From contig CAURIH010000001.1 of NCBI GenBank assembly GCA_963525085.1, positions 758,521-822,520 on the forward strand: a stretch of 64,000 nucleotides of DNA, given 5' to 3'. Shown piece by piece: positions 63,473 through 64,000 of this stretch. Numbering within the stretch: position 1 is the first letter of the stretch; every line of letters starts with the position of its first letter. The DNA is from an uncultured Candidatus Saccharibacteria bacterium. Lineage in GTDB: Bacteria > Patescibacteriota > Saccharimonadia > Saccharimonadales > Saccharimonadaceae. Both the position numbers and the translations under genes were made by a program. The notes below the pieces were generated by a model. It searched no databases, was not told the origin of the DNA, and was given only the letters and a program-made list of their open reading frames with translations.

Positions 63473-64000
63473 ATGTGGAGTTTTCGTATATTGTTTATTT
63501 TTGGCCTCTGCATAATTTTTTTATTCAGAAGCTACCCTTATGATATGGGAGAAAACTGCTTGTGTCAACGATTTTTGGCAATATTTTTGCGTAAAAAATA
63601 CCACATCGAACATATACGCAGACCAACCGCACATCGCCCAAAATTTGTGTTATAAACACAACACGAGTAATGGAGTCCAACAGAGGTCACATACAGTACA
63701 GAGCCAAAAACGAACAAAAAATTATTGCAATATATACAACAAAAATGCCTGTGCACAACTCTCGAAAGTACAGAGGTGCAAGAGATGAGCAAGCCGCCAA
63801 TGTTCGCGTGGGTGAGAAAGAGGGTGGCGAGGCAATGTTTTGCGATAGTTCGCACGATGACGATAACGCCCATGCTTGTATATTGATGCGATGTATAGCG
63901 CTGTCGTGAGATGATGCAAGCGCTGCCAAAGTTTTGCAGCATAGAGCCCAAACTGATTGACTTACTATACCGCTTGTGTTAACTTAGAAGTAAGCTTTGA

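Overview
This is a 64-kb chromosomal segment. It looks like a small-genome, monoderm-type Patescibacteria/CPR organism, possibly Saccharibacteria-like. That is an inference from gene content (secretin-less type IV pilus locus, compact housekeeping operons), not a database hit.

I support about 57 protein genes. They include:
- rnj, ftsK, pheA, rpsL-rpsG, rpsF-ssb-rpsR-efp, tlyA, ychF, ndk, thrS, miaA, rpmB, infC-rpmI-rplT and comM.
- a large two-part type IV pilus locus: pilMNO-pilB-pilT-pilC, then pilin-pilD-minor pilins.

There are six stable RNA genes: tRNA-Arg(CCT), tRNA-Asp(GTC), tRNA-Thr(CGT), tRNA-Val(GAC), RNase P RNA and tmRNA. I also call a probable thrS T-box leader and many intrinsic terminators. 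I found no rRNA, CRISPR array or transposase ORF.

The most unusual signals are non-coding:
1. A dispersed ~155-nt structured repeat (family 1, at least 9 copies or fragments). Its two internal hairpins and outer stem change sequence between copies but keep pairing. It tends to sit next to stable RNA genes.
2. A second ~75-nt hairpin repeat (family 2, 3-4 copies).
3. Multi-kb AT-rich, G>C-skewed ORF deserts (about 10% of the window). They share short over-represented motifs (TGCAAAAAT, GAGTGAGC, CTGCGAAG).
4. At least 10 genes whose ATG lies 6-8 nt after a TATAAT/TATACT box, which suggests leaderless mRNAs.
5. A SAM methyltransferase split by a G9 homopolymer.

All coordinates were derived by hand from the sequence. 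RNA ends and repeat edges are approximate (about +/-5 nt).
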